Assembly: GCF_024521635.1 (NCBI RefSeq)
Contig: NW_026250440.1
Location: forward strand, 62,001-126,000
Direction of reading: 5' to 3'
DNA length: 64,000 nt
Origin: Tricharina praecox
Taxonomy: Eukaryota
Numbering within the stretch: the first letter of the stretch is position 1; every line of letters starts with the position of its first letter. Under the pieces are notes generated by a model. The model was given only the letters and a program-made list of their open reading frames with translations, ran no database searches and was not told where the DNA came from. The position numbers and the translations under genes were made by a program. Shown one piece after another: positions 21,270 to 35,037 of the stretch.

Positions 21270-22560
21270 CATCCGCCTCTTCTTCTTTTTCTTCTTCTTC
21301 TCCCACAACTCCTCCTCCCCCCACGTCTCCTCCTCCCCCCGCAACTCCTCCCCCCCGCAACTGCTATTCCCACCCCCAGCTATTCCCACTCCCACCTATT
21401 CCCCCCCACTGCAACTGCTATTACCCCCCTTGCCGCAACTACTTTCGCTAATAGCACTTCTCTCATATAGCTCCTACTACTGCTGCTGCTGATGGCACTT
21501 CTCTCAAGGCTCTACTCCCGCCACAGCTGCTATTCTCCCTTCTGCCGCAACTACTACTCTCGCTAATCTTCCTCTGTATTGTAGCTCCTACTCGCGCCGC
21601 AACTACTACTGCTACTCCCACTGATAGCTCATTTCTCATAGCTCCTACCCCCGCCGCAACTGCTACTCTCGTCGCAACTGCTACTCTCGGCGCAACTCTA
21701 TTCTGGCCGTATATCTACCCTCGCTGATAGCTTCTCTCTCTCATAGCTTTTCTCGCCGCAAGTCTACTTTCGGCGCAACTCTATTCTCCTCTCCTACACG
21801 CACAACCCCTCCTCTCGGCGCAATACATAGTGATTACCCTTCCCTCTCCTCACTACTACATGCCCTGCTGGACCCGCCGCTGATACAGCACTGGAATCGC
21901 CTAAGAAATGCACTCTCGCTAGAAATGCCCCCTCGCTACCGTTGTTACAGTACTGGATTTGCCCTGGCATTTGCCCTCGAATTTGCCCTCGTGCTAACGT
22001 GTATACAGTACTGGCTGCGCTGTGAATATCCCCCACTCACTACTGCTGCTCGCCCGGCTGCTCACCCGGCTGGCCCCTCTGTGATCCCCCCCCACCCTCC
22101 ACCTTACTGCTACTGCTACTCCAGCTGATATCTCATTACTCATATAGCTACTTCTCCCGCTGCCATTCTACTCCTGCTGATAGTTTCTCTCTTTTATAGC
22201 TAGCTTTGCTGCATCTCTACCCTCGCCGCAACTGCTATGTACTCTCCGCGCAACTCTATTCTGGCCGCAACTAGAGTCCACCCTCGCTGATAGCTTCTCT
22301 CCCAAACAGCTTTTCTAGCAACAACTTTATTCTCCATTCCCCTCGGCGCAATACATCATCTCGGCACAACACATCCACTTGGCACAACACATCCACTCAG
22401 CACAACTCATCCTCTCGGCGCAACTCCTCCTCCCACCGTAGCTCCTACTCTCGCCAATAGCTTCTCTCTCTTATAGCTTTTCTGGCCGCAACTGTATCCT
22501 CGCCGCAACCTTCCTCTCGGCGCAACCATTCGTCCCGCCGACAGCTCCTCCATCTCTCTA
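21270..22560 (-). pseudogene. Decayed repetitive coiled-coil ORF (E[E/Q]LRRE-type repeats) inside the TIR element
   Basis: Many ccgcaact / gatagc..ctctc / tagctcctac units. Minus-strand fragments read EELRGEEETWGEEELWE and EELRREDELC*VDVLCQVDVLCRDDVLRRGE, with stops and frameshifts. Confidence 0.45.
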
Positions 22561-23591
22561 CCACAATGGATCTAGCAAGTCGAGGGTCAGTGGCAGCAGG
22601 GCTAGCAGCAGTATGTGCCAGCCTGCTGGCCCGCTCTGGATACTGCCTGTTGGCCCCGTAGGTAGTACTATATAGTAGAATATAAATCCATATGTGCTTA
22701 GTGCTTCAAGACCAATGTGAAAATGCTGCATAAGCGAGGAAACCCGAGCCTAGTTTCAAGGCTAAGCGTCCCGATTCATCTCTGATATTCACACGTTGCA
22801 CTTCCTGCTCCCAAGTTTCAACAGTTCAAATGGTTCAACAATGGTTCAATAATTCTAAGAAAACGATGCTGCAACGTTTTAATGCACTTAAACGCTTTAT
22901 TTTGACTACATAGGAGAGATTTGCAACATATCGAAAAAAACTCGAAGTAATTCTTTAAATATGTCTAATTGCCGACCATTTAACTCTCTATAATCGGGAT
23001 CACTTGTACTACGGCTTCCAATTTTCACCAGAAAAGCCTGTGAACTGTATGTCCACTCTCTCCGTTAAAAACTTGCAACACGTCTGTGAATCCAACACGG
23101 GATGTACAATGTTTTGAGTGGCTTCTATAGGTCAATAATTTGACATGTGTATAATTCTCAACTATCACGATGTGGTATTTACTTTTCCTACGGGTTTGAA
23201 AGAAGAAAAAAAATAGCACAACAGTCGCTCCACTATTTAAAAAAAACCCCTTTTTTTACAAGGGTAACTAAGTAGGCTCCGATTGACTGCCTCCAACAGC
23301 CATGTAGTTAGCGAATTTCTTTTCACCGTGCACGCATAGAACTCTATCGGTACAGCATCGATCGAAGCATGTATGATAGTACTTTCATTCATCAACCACC
23401 CGTTTTTAACTCTGACGATCGCAACCATCTAGGTACCCAGGTCCTAGCTACCATATCGAAGTACATACACACTTTCATTCTCGAAACACCCATTTTTTAC
23501 TCTGACAACCACAATGATCCAGCTATCTATCGAACCAGTCCCGAAGCACCGTCCACAGTCACGGAGAGATAGGAAACCGAGTGCGAGGCGT

Positions 23592-24964
<1,373 letters not shown>

Positions 24965-26805
24965 GATTGGCAGGTGGGCAGTGCGCTGCTGTGGGGAAGA
25001 CCGGGAGAGGAGACGGGAGGAGACGAGGCTGGATGAAGCTCGAGATGATCTGGATGGAGAACTGGACGAGAGGGTACATTGGTTGCATATTTATACATAC
25101 CGGAAGATGCTCAGTATCTACGGAACAGCTATGGCGGAGCTGGCGAGTCGTTCACACATCAATATCCACACAGCTATCATGACACCGCCGATGGAGATAG
25201 CGAACCTTCGGAGCTCGTCCATGAGATCCACAAGGTGTGGGGAGCTCGATAGTAGGTCCACACCACCCAGGTATCTTCAACGACGACATCGTCGCTTACA
25301 GCGGAGGAGAAATCATGGTGTTGCATCTCCACCTCCTTCCCCTCCTCTTCTCCACGGCCAAGTAGAGGTTATGCATGTATACACCCCCCTGTGGACGGCT
25401 GGAGGTGATGGGAAGATTGGCATAGAGATCAAAGGACGAGTATGCATATGGCTATCACCCCCCCCAAAAATAATAATAATAATAATAATACAGGGCTAGA
25501 GCCACGACCTTCCCGAACCAGGATAAAGATAGAGAGGAGAATCATCAAGACCGTGGGGAAGGGGAATCTCAAGTGATGAGGGTAGAAATGACCAGTGGGA
25601 TATCTGCAAGGCAATTAGGGCCAACACGACGAGCCACTGAAGCTCACCCGCCGTTGGTTGTTTCTACGCAGGTCCGATTCAATAGCCCCTCCCTAACTAT
25701 GTTTGTAATCACGTCGTCCAGGGATTGCCCACGTTGAGTATAGATTTCCTACCATGAGGAGACGAGAGCTCGCTTCACCCCCAATCCAGCTGGCCTTGGA
25801 GGCTGGGACACCAGCGACAAAGTTTTGAGCGCGTGGCTTCCGTTCAACCATCATATGTTGGATCCTACATATTTTATATGGCCGGTATGGATGTAATGGC
25901 TCGTGCTCTGTCCCGCCAAGGTAAATATTCTGGATTCATGATGTCCACACGTGTCCACTGACAAAATACCTTCCCCAAGCCCTTAATCCAGCCCTTTCAC
26001 CCCATCCACTATATCCTAGGTATCCTTGCAGGCCGTATGTAGATCTGATCCACACCAGCCGGCCTACGGAACACATTCAGTAGGCAGTCCACCGAGCGGT
26101 GGTTGATCGATCACTGCTCGAAGATTATCTATAGCACCGCTGCTTATCGCCGTGTGCACGATATCTGCTACCGTTATGCACCCGCCTGACAGCCAGCCAT
26201 CCGGGGTATATGCCTATGCCAGACACCCATGCGGATTTACGTGCTCGATGATGGTCCCTACCTAATTCACGGTACCTGCCTGCTCGATGTTTTGCTCGTG
26301 TTCGCTCCATAGTCAAAGATGTCAACGGACCGCCAACTACGCTATCAGCCGCCGTCCACACCACATGGGGCCCCCAGGTACCCGCCCCAAGTACTTGCCG
26401 AGGTCTATCCACCCCTCTCCTCCTCCCACCGGAAAACGGAACCAGCCGAAAAAGCGGCTCCGGACGATGGGCGACGAGTCGACGACTCGAGAAGCTGGAT
26501 AACTGTGTACTCTGAGACTTGCCCGAGTTGTCCAACCGGAGGAGTCCATTGCTTTACATAACTAGGGTAGGGCCACTAGTAATATAGAGTACTTACAACG
26601 GCGACTAGGTTCCGCAACCCTAGCTAAGTAGAGTTCTTACTTTATTATCCGACGCCCCACCCACCCACCCACTGTCTCGCCCGTTCCGTCCGGTTTGGCT
26701 CCGCTCATGCGCCGTGCAGTAGGATGGAAGCACGGGGGATCTGGGAATCTTAACGTGCTGATGGTGGTGCTGGTGCTGGTGCTGGTGGCGGAGATGTATA
26801 TCTTA

Positions 26806-26850
26806 CCATCCATCCCATCCATCCCATCCATCCCATCCATCCCATCCATC
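26806..26850. repeat. 9-bp minisatellite (CCATCCATC)x5
   Basis: Read directly from the sequence. Confidence 0.9.
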
Positions 26851-28779
26851 GCTGTTGCTTCAATCTTGCAGTCCTGGCCAATCGCAACCGGCCGGAGAAA
26901 GAGAAAAGAAAAAGGAGCATGCAAAGCCATCGAAGACCCACCTACCTAGTGCATCCACAGCGTTTATTCCGTCCGAGGCGTTGTTTGGGGGCTCCCGCTT
27001 CGCTATTGGACGGGCGTCGGCGCTGGCCGGTACCTACTAACCAGTACCTAAGCAGGTATATGTGAACCGAACTGTCGGAATTTTGGAGATTGCCACTCTG
27101 AGTTGAGCCTGAGTGCTACATACTTTATCTACCGTATATAGCAATGAAACCTTGGAACTCTATAGCACTGTTTATTCCATCGGGCTTCGGCATCACCGTG
27201 CTTTGAGACGCGGTTGACGACGGATAGATGGACGAATAGAACGGCAGAAGTCGCGCGGGGAAATGCTTCAGTACCTGCAGTACAGTGGCGGAGGGGGCAG
27301 AAGAAGCAAAGAAGGGAGGAGGGTGTCAACCACTATCTGCCTACCCTACGGCACCCCTGCAGGATATGCATCGAACGTCGGGAGAACGTTGGACTTCGGA
27401 GCTTACGACCGACCGCGGTGGGGGGAGGGAGGGGAGGGCTTACGTTCAGTTAAGGTAAGGCAATGGGGATGCAAGTTTGTGGACGGTCGCGTGAGATTGC
27501 TACCGTACGTTCTGCTTGTATCACGCAGCCTTGGATAGGTAGACTCTGGAGTCCGCAGAAGGGGAAATACGTTATTTGCCTTCCACCTTCCCTCCGAAGC
27601 ACTCTGGAGTCTGAGGGGTGCCACTGCTTCTGCGCAGCCCGACCAGTGATCACCGCAATCCGCCGAACTGCGTGGTGATGCTCAGCTCTTCCGCTGCGCA
27701 ATCGATATTCCCGAGAGCTAGTTGGAGGAATGCATGGTAGGGGCTAGGTAGGTACCGATCATGGTAAATGGCCCTGACGATCTTTTGGCATTGCGGGGCA
27801 CCTATCATGGTCTAAATTTGATACTACGCCGTCCAGGTCTACGCGTTGCCTCTGTATGTACATACGGTGGCAAAGAGAAGAGGAACTGAAAGGGGAGGAG
27901 GCAGAGGAGAGTAGTAGAGGAGGAGGAGGAGGAGGAGAAGAAGAAATGGATTACAAAGAGGCACTAAGAATGCAGGAACGCCAGCACTATCTATCCTTTC
28001 TCTCGAGTATCGGTAATTAGGCGTATGGGATTCCCAGAACATCTACTCTACCGAATACGAATAGGTATTTCCACATCACGGCTTCAGCTTCAGTTTCTTC
28101 GCCACTGTCAGGGAAAAAGCGGCCACCCTACGCAGTGCATACCAGTACCCATACATACATCTTAGCTATGCGAGAGCGCAACTCTAGCAGAGCGACGCCA
28201 GACGCTCCGTGCTCTGATTGGTCGAGCGCCACGATGCCCGACGCATACCATCTACTCTAGAATAGGTAGCTCCTCGGAGATCACGCCCGTTCTCTTTGAA
28301 CCACACGACAAGTGGTACGAAAAGGGGTAGGATAGAACTTCTCTACTATAGAGTAGAAACGAAAGACGAAAGAGGCGAGGTAATGGAAGAATACACACCG
28401 ACATTTCGAATCATTAAGCATCACTCGCCAGCGGGTGATCTCCGGCGCGGATCTCCAGGCAAACCCGATTTTTTACGGTAGGTGGTACGGTGTGGGGGAT
28501 CGACCTGGCAGAAATAAAAACCTTCACCATCCCCCCAATGGGTGGTTTGAAAACCCTGAGGAGTTCAACCGGTATAGTATAGACTAACTTTACATCCACG
28601 ATGTCTGTGGCGAGTGCTAGTATGTACTTCCTCTCTTCCCCCGGATTCAGTCTTTGTCCGGTGGTTCCTGTGTACCTAGCTTAGGTACCTAGGCGCATTG
28701 TGACCGTTCACTACCGGTGCTACCGGTGGATGTGGACGGTCATGAGTGACGATTATAAAGTGACATCCGGTATCGGTAC

Positions 28780-29338
28780 CAGTAGGGAGGGAATCGGTTT
28801 ATTATCGCATATCGCAATATGTCGATATGGTACTCGCTTTTTGATACGTATCGGATACGTATCCCTGAGAGACAAGCGTATTGAGATGCGGAATATGTCT
28901 TGCAGCCATATCGATACGTTGTGAACTGTATCGATACGATGTGAGCCGATCGATACGTAGTGCCCGCGTAGTATGTAGTCTGTCAAGAATATGCACCAGT
29001 GCTGGCTACGAGTTGCACTACTGTATTTGCTTAGCGGTACGTCAAGTATATACGTAAAACCGTATGCCCACTGGCACAACGTTTCGACTTTCAGAGTGTA
29101 ATAATTCACTACGTCACGTCTAAGCAAAACTATGCTAACGTTATTACATTTAGCTAAAAATGTGGTAGTGCTAACGTATCGGTACGGTCAAAATGCGTGT
29201 TTTTTTGTGCCCTGATACGATATCAACATGCGTCCTGCGGGAAACAACGTATTTTTTACCCCCCCCCCCCCTCCTTGACTATACAGTATACAGTATCGAT
29301 AGGGGGGAATCAATTTATTGTCGCATACCGCCTTACTA
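28780..29338. mobile_element. Possible hAT-like MITE relic
   Basis: Ends read CAGTAGGGAGG and (reverse complement) TAGTAAGGCGG. About 8 ATCGATAC/GTATCGG-type motifs cluster near both ends, the core is AT-rich, and no TSD is seen. Confidence 0.4.
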
Positions 29339-29986
29339 CCTACCTCATACCCACATTCGAACACAGTAGTTCTCTGGTAGTTCTCTGGTATTCCGAACAG
29401 TGCGTAAAATTTTGCACTCAGAATAAGCGATCACAAACCCAACGCTTCCTGCAGACTGCCAGCTCCACGGGGGAGTGGAGAGAAAGCACTACTGCCTACA
29501 TACAAAATCAAATAATGGAAAGAAAGATGGAATATCCGATATCGATTGTCCCGACGGCGCAATCTGGGGAAAATACCGAGTGACGGTCCATGATTTCTTC
29601 CATGTCTCATCACTCGTTCGAACTTGAAAACTTTCATTTTGTATGGCTCGGACACCACTTTGTAGGGCAACGGGGAACCCACATCGAGCTGGCGATCAAT
29701 GGTCGCGGGCAGTGGCGGTGGAAAAAGATATGTAGCTGCCATGATCCAATAAGGTCGAATGCAAAGATGATTAAACGACACTTCGTCCCATGTGCATCGA
29801 TTACCACCAAAGGTATGTACATACAGCAAAGTGTATCAATAAGTAACAACTTTTCCCCAAAGATCTAAAACAAGCAATAGAACACACCCTAAACTCCGAA
29901 ACAGATTGCTACAAGATAAGAAAAGTCGAAACCGAACCGAATAATGACATAACACGCTCTCATCCCTTCGCGCAGATATGTACGTA

Positions 29987-31236
29987 TTACTCTTCCATCG
30001 CCTCGGGCTCATCGCTGCCGGTCTCGCTCTCGATCGATCCCTCGCGATCAGCCTTCTCGGCCTCCTGCTGCAGCATTCGCTGGGTGTGGCGCTTGAGACG
30101 CTCACACTTGGCCTGGAGGATACCGACGGCCTCCAGGAAGATCTCATCCGAGTCCCATTGACCGGCACTCTCGACGAAGTCTACCACCGTTAGCGATTGG
30201 GTCTTCACGATTCACCGGGAGAAAGGGACCCACAGATGAAATGATCCCTGATCCTCCCTAACGCCACCTTGCCCTTAAACTCCTCATGCCTAAGCACCTC
30301 CCTGCTGACGGTATCATTCCTCGCATTGACCACTTTCGCCTCGCCATCCTCGATCTCCACGACGCCCTTAGGGAAGCACCCCTGGAACCTCTCCGCCGAC
30401 TTCCCCCTGATCGGCTCCAGGATAGTGATCTGCGGCATGAGGCGGTATCCACACGTAGCGACCGGCGAGAACTTCGCATGATCCTTCCCAAGACCCTTCA
30501 CCGCATGACTAGTGACGATGATTTCCTGACCGGGGCGGAGCTTTGCGATGACAATGTCCGGATTTCCCGCGCGCACAGGATCGTCGCCGAACCTCTGCTG
30601 CTGCGCGTTGTTCGCGGGCCGCCACTCCAGATCCCGCGCGTACACCGTGTGCCCCGTATACAGCTTGTCCGGATCGGTCTCGCCCTTCGGCACGTTCGGG
30701 ATGCGCTCGCACTGCGCCTGCAGCTGCAGGATCAGCGTGTCGTGCACCGTGGGCTGGTACGGTAGGTTGTTCTCCGGGTTCTTGCCCTGGCGCGGCCACT
30801 TCATGGATTTCATTGCGTCGTGGTTGCCAACGATCGGGATGAAGCCGAGGCGGTGCGCGAGGACTTCGTCCTGGATCACTGAGGTGTTGTTGAGGAAGTA
30901 GCACTGCTCAATGGCGAAGGAGTGGACCTCCGCCATCATGATCCGGCGAAAGGCATTGGCGATCGACGCGTCAATGTGCACAATGTCGAATTCAGCGTGG
31001 TGGCGGTCGTTGCGGAAGAAGTCGACGCGGAAGCTGTCACGGAATTTGGAAAGGTCCCATGAGTTGTCTTCGCCTGGCCAGTGCCCCGGGAAATCGTTGC
31101 TGGTGACGTTGGATATCGTCTCGGCGTTGATGCCGACAATCTGCAGTTAATACTGGTCAGAATAGGTCGCAATAAAGTGGCCATCATTGGGACCTCGGTG
31201 ACATACATCTCTGCGGTCTGTGTCTGCTGAGGGCAT
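29987..31236 (-). CDS. RPC40: RNA polymerase I/III shared subunit AC40 (RPAC1); exons 31236-31207, 31140-30234, 30180-29987
   Basis: DFPGHWPG, IDASIANAFRRIM, NNTSVIQDEVLAHRLG, IAKLRPGQ, DHAKFSPVAT, DTVSREVLRH, RDHFI..VESAGQ. Confidence 0.96.
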
Positions 31237-31552
31237 GGTGAGAAACGTAGAGGTGAGTGCTGTGGCTCGCGATGCGAAGGTTCAAATTTATTGGGTAGGA
31301 AAGGTATTGAGATCAAAGTTAGTCAGTCTTGGCCTGAAAATTTACAGAGCCTCAGTCATCGCTTAACACCTAATAAGATTAAGGTCTTATCCTAAAACTG
31401 TTAGCGGGGATCACGATGCATCCTTCGGATCCTTCCCTAAGGCGGAATTCAAGACTTCAAACACTAACCCGCAGTGTTATTTCTCGTCTATGGAATCTAT
31501 CTATCTCAGAGTAACAGTACGGGTGCCACATCTCCCAACGCCCAATGGTTCT

Positions 31553-34500
31553 CTAATCTTCTTCGCTATCGTCATCATCGTCAGACTCATCATCATCATC
31601 ATCATCACTGTCACCTTCCTCGTCGTCTTCCTCCTCTTCCTCCTCTTTACCGTCCTTCAACCCATACTTCACTCCGTAGTCATCCTCGAAGTCTTTCAGT
31701 GTCTTGAGCTGGGCGTTGAACCCATCCTTCGCGAACTGATCCACGATTTCCTTCAGAGCCAGTCAGCATCACCATCTTCTTTATACGGGACGCGAAGAAC
31801 CTACCTGTGCTTTCAAGGGCGTGGAGACGACAGCCACATTGCTCGTCTTGGGGTCGAAGCAGGGTAAAACGAGACTCTTGAGCACAGCCTTAAGATCATC
31901 CACCGTAACTTCCTTGATCTTTCGCAGCAATATGGTGTTGAAATCCTTGGGAATACCGTGAACAACTTGTCGAACGAAACTAACGGTTCCAGCCCCGCTC
32001 ATGTTAGGCTCGGAGTCGGCAAAGAATACAACAACACTCGAAACGGCCCCTTCAAGCGAGTTTTCGTCGAATGGTGTGGTTCCATCAGCCAGGTCTGTAA
32101 TGACCTTCTTCACAGCAGCGAATGCTTTGTATGCGTCGGGAGAACGATAAACGTCGAAAGAGATCTTGCCGGAATCGTGATCTCTCGTCATTGAGACACC
32201 GTACGCAAGACCACTCCCTCGGGCGGCAACCCAGAGCGGTCCTTCAGTAACTCCGAGGTATGAAAGAGCAAGCATGAGAGCAGGCAGCTGTAGATCATCG
32301 TAAGTAGATGGGCCCTTGCAAGTGTGCGTCGAGTAGGTGTTGTCGATGGTGGGCATTTGAACGACATTACAATTGCCTCCGGGATTCTTTCCGGCGTCTG
32401 TAAGACGATCTGTTCGCTTATCCAGGGGTGCAAGCACTCCACCGAAGGGCCGGTTCTCGACAAAAGTCTTCCAGGAAGAAACGGGATTCTTCAGCTTTTC
32501 TAAATCGGCGATGACCAGAATACGGAAATTCTCCAGCTTGCAGAATGCCGATCTAAATTGCTCAAATTGCTTGATGACTGCTTCAGGATCCTCCTTCAAG
32601 AGAGCCTCGATGCGCTTGAGGTACTTGGTCTTGACCAGCGTGTCTACGGCCCGGCCGATTGATTCACGAGAGAACTCAACCATGTTTCGAACAGAGCCAA
32701 TCATCTATATCTGTTAGCATCATCGTACCACCAAGAGCCAATCCAACACACTTTACCGCCCTGCCTCTTCTCATCAGGGATGTCGCTCTTCATTTTCGAG
32801 TTGGTTATGCCAATCCTCTGATAATCCGGTTAGTGATAAGAAACCACCTTCTTTGGATGGCACATACCTTCAGATCAAAGATGCTGTCCCAAAGCAGCGT
32901 CTTGAGCCATTTGATAGCTGCCTCATATTTCTCGGGCTCTACTTGAAGCCGGATCCTAACCGATTCAGGCATAGAGACGTAGCTGCCGGACGAGATGCCG
33001 TAGTATATGGTGTCCTTCTCCAACAGCGAGACGACTTTCTCGTACTCCACACGGACACCGTCAATCATCACCGGAGAGTCGAAGAACAGGTCCCAGTATA
33101 GTGGTATCAGTGGCCTCAGCTCAACCGGGATAGACTCTGTCGATACAAACAAGTTCAGATGGACGAACTTTGACGGAACACTCTCGAAGTGGAGGTACAA
33201 TGGCATGTCTTTGTCGTCCTGGTCGATAATATTTTGCAAAGGGCTATCGCTGCAAGCACAACCCATCCATCAGCAACAGTCCGATGTCGGAAGACCCCGC
33301 ATAACTTACTGCTTGCCATCCTTCGCTAGCCCAGCCTTGACAGTCGTCGTCTTGATGAAGCGGATTGAATCCACATCCGGAACCTTGAACTGACCCACAA
33401 CCTCTGCTGGAATCTCCCTATCATTCTCGGCCTTCGCAGCATCTAGCTTTTTCTGGAGATCCTCCAATCCATTAGGACCTAGCTCCTTGATGCGAGCAGC
33501 AATCCGCGCTTGCTCGTCCTCCTCCATCTTCTTGAGCAGCTTCGCAGATGGACGGCCCAATACCGAAACGTGGTGGTTGTCGACCAAGTACTTTCGCATG
33601 AAGTCCCTCCAGTCCTTGTCAGTCCACTGCTCCAAAATCTCATACTCCTTGAGGGTCTGTAAAGTTTGTAGATCTCTTCCATCCCGGTTTCCGAACAAGT
33701 GATCGATGATGATGGGAGTCGAAAATGAATACCCAGTGGACTCGCCGGAGAAAATTACCTGGCGTTTGTCGCGGTGAATCAGGTCGGTGAGGTATTCCAT
33801 ATTCAGAGGCTCATCCACAGTCTTTCTCAAGATCTCGAAAAGCTTCTTCTCAGCAGCCTCGAGCTTCTCGGTATTGACAGCTGTCAATTGCAACCAAAGA
33901 ACGGTGTCTGGACGATCCTCGCTGTAGAAATGGACGGCAGAGCACCACGGATCCTCAATCTCGACCATTTCCTTCTCCAGCACTGAAACCGATGATCCGG
34001 CTAGGTACATGCTCATGGCTTCGATTGCGGTCGACATCACTGGTTCCATGCAGTTCGGTCCGAAGAATCCCACCATGACCTCACCCGTCGATTCATCCTT
34101 CTCGGGAAACTCGACGGTGGCAATAGAGGACTTGGTGAGTGGTGGAACGGGAGTAGAATCTACCCAAGGTCTTGACACTCACATGATCAGCTATTCATGT
34201 TCAACCAACTATCAGCAATGTTCCAGTAACTCACCTCCTCCACGGGGCATCCACAGCCGGAACATCTGCAATAATCCCATCCTCAAACTTATCCAATATT
34301 TCGAGTAGGTTATCATGATCAACCTCTCCGATGATGATAACGCACAAGTTCTTGGGCTGATACATCTCCTTGTGGAACTGCCTAATTCTCTCAGCCGTAA
34401 GGACACGGAGAGCCTCCATCATACCCCCAGTCTCATATCTGAAGCCTACGCCCTCAGGATACAGCATCTTCACTGCTTTCTCATTCATCAGGGTCTCCTG

Positions 34501-35037
34501 GGTATTCTGAATGCCCTGCATCTCCGAGTACACCACGCCGGCATCCTGTCCTGCGCCGTCGATGTGGTGGACTTCCGTCAGGCATCCAGCATCCGTGAGT
34601 GTGGGGAACAGGGTGTGCTCCAGGTATACTGGTAGGATCTGTGCAAAACCAGCCCACCCGGCCGTGTTGAGGGTGTAGGCAGTGTGATCTGTGGCAGTCC
34701 ACGCATTCGTATCGGAATATGCCCTGCCATCGTCGACTCAAATCAGCACTGGAAAATACACCGCTAAACGCCCTACGAACCTGGTAGCTAATCGATCCAA
34801 GATACCCTTGTAGGGATAGCTCTTGGAGCCCATAAAGCACAAATGCTCTAGGGTATGTGGGGAGCCGGAATCGTCGAAGATCTCGGTTGCGAAGGTAAAG
34901 AAACCGTTGACCTTGGGGCCTTCCTTATCGACTACCACAACGGTCATCCCGGTTCGTTTCGACTCATACTTCGTGATCTTCGAAGGCGAGTAGTCAATCT
35001 CGAACTCGACTATCTTGCGGAAGTGTTCTTTGGCCAT
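31553..35037 (-). CDS. Zinc metallopeptidase, family M16 (pitrilysin/Cym1-like; resembles yeast YOL098C type); exons 35037-34781, 34723-34235, 34170-33310, 33249-32868, 32817-32752, 32704-31805, 31750-31553
   Basis: Inverted zincin motif DDSGSPHTLEHLCFMGS; TNAWTATDHTAY; GVVYSEMQG; ETGG; RGSGLAYG; YRSPD; acidic C-terminal tail. Six introns keep the frame. Confidence 0.9.

Larger units (their letters stand above)
20516..23264. mobile_element. Non-autonomous DNA transposon (~2.75 kb) with ~40-bp imperfect TIRs and TA flanks
   Basis: Left end TA|CCCTTGTAAAAAAAAAGGGAGGTTTTTTTAAACGTGAGCG; right end CGCTCCACTATTTAAAAAAAACCCCTTTTTTTACAAGGG|TA. Subterminal regions are AT-rich. No transposase ORF seen. 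Confidence 0.75.

Noticed and set aside
25357..25920. PacC (GCCAAG) and GATA sites upstream of the subtilisin gene
   Set aside because: Biologically plausible, but two hexamers in ~1 kb is close to chance expectation.
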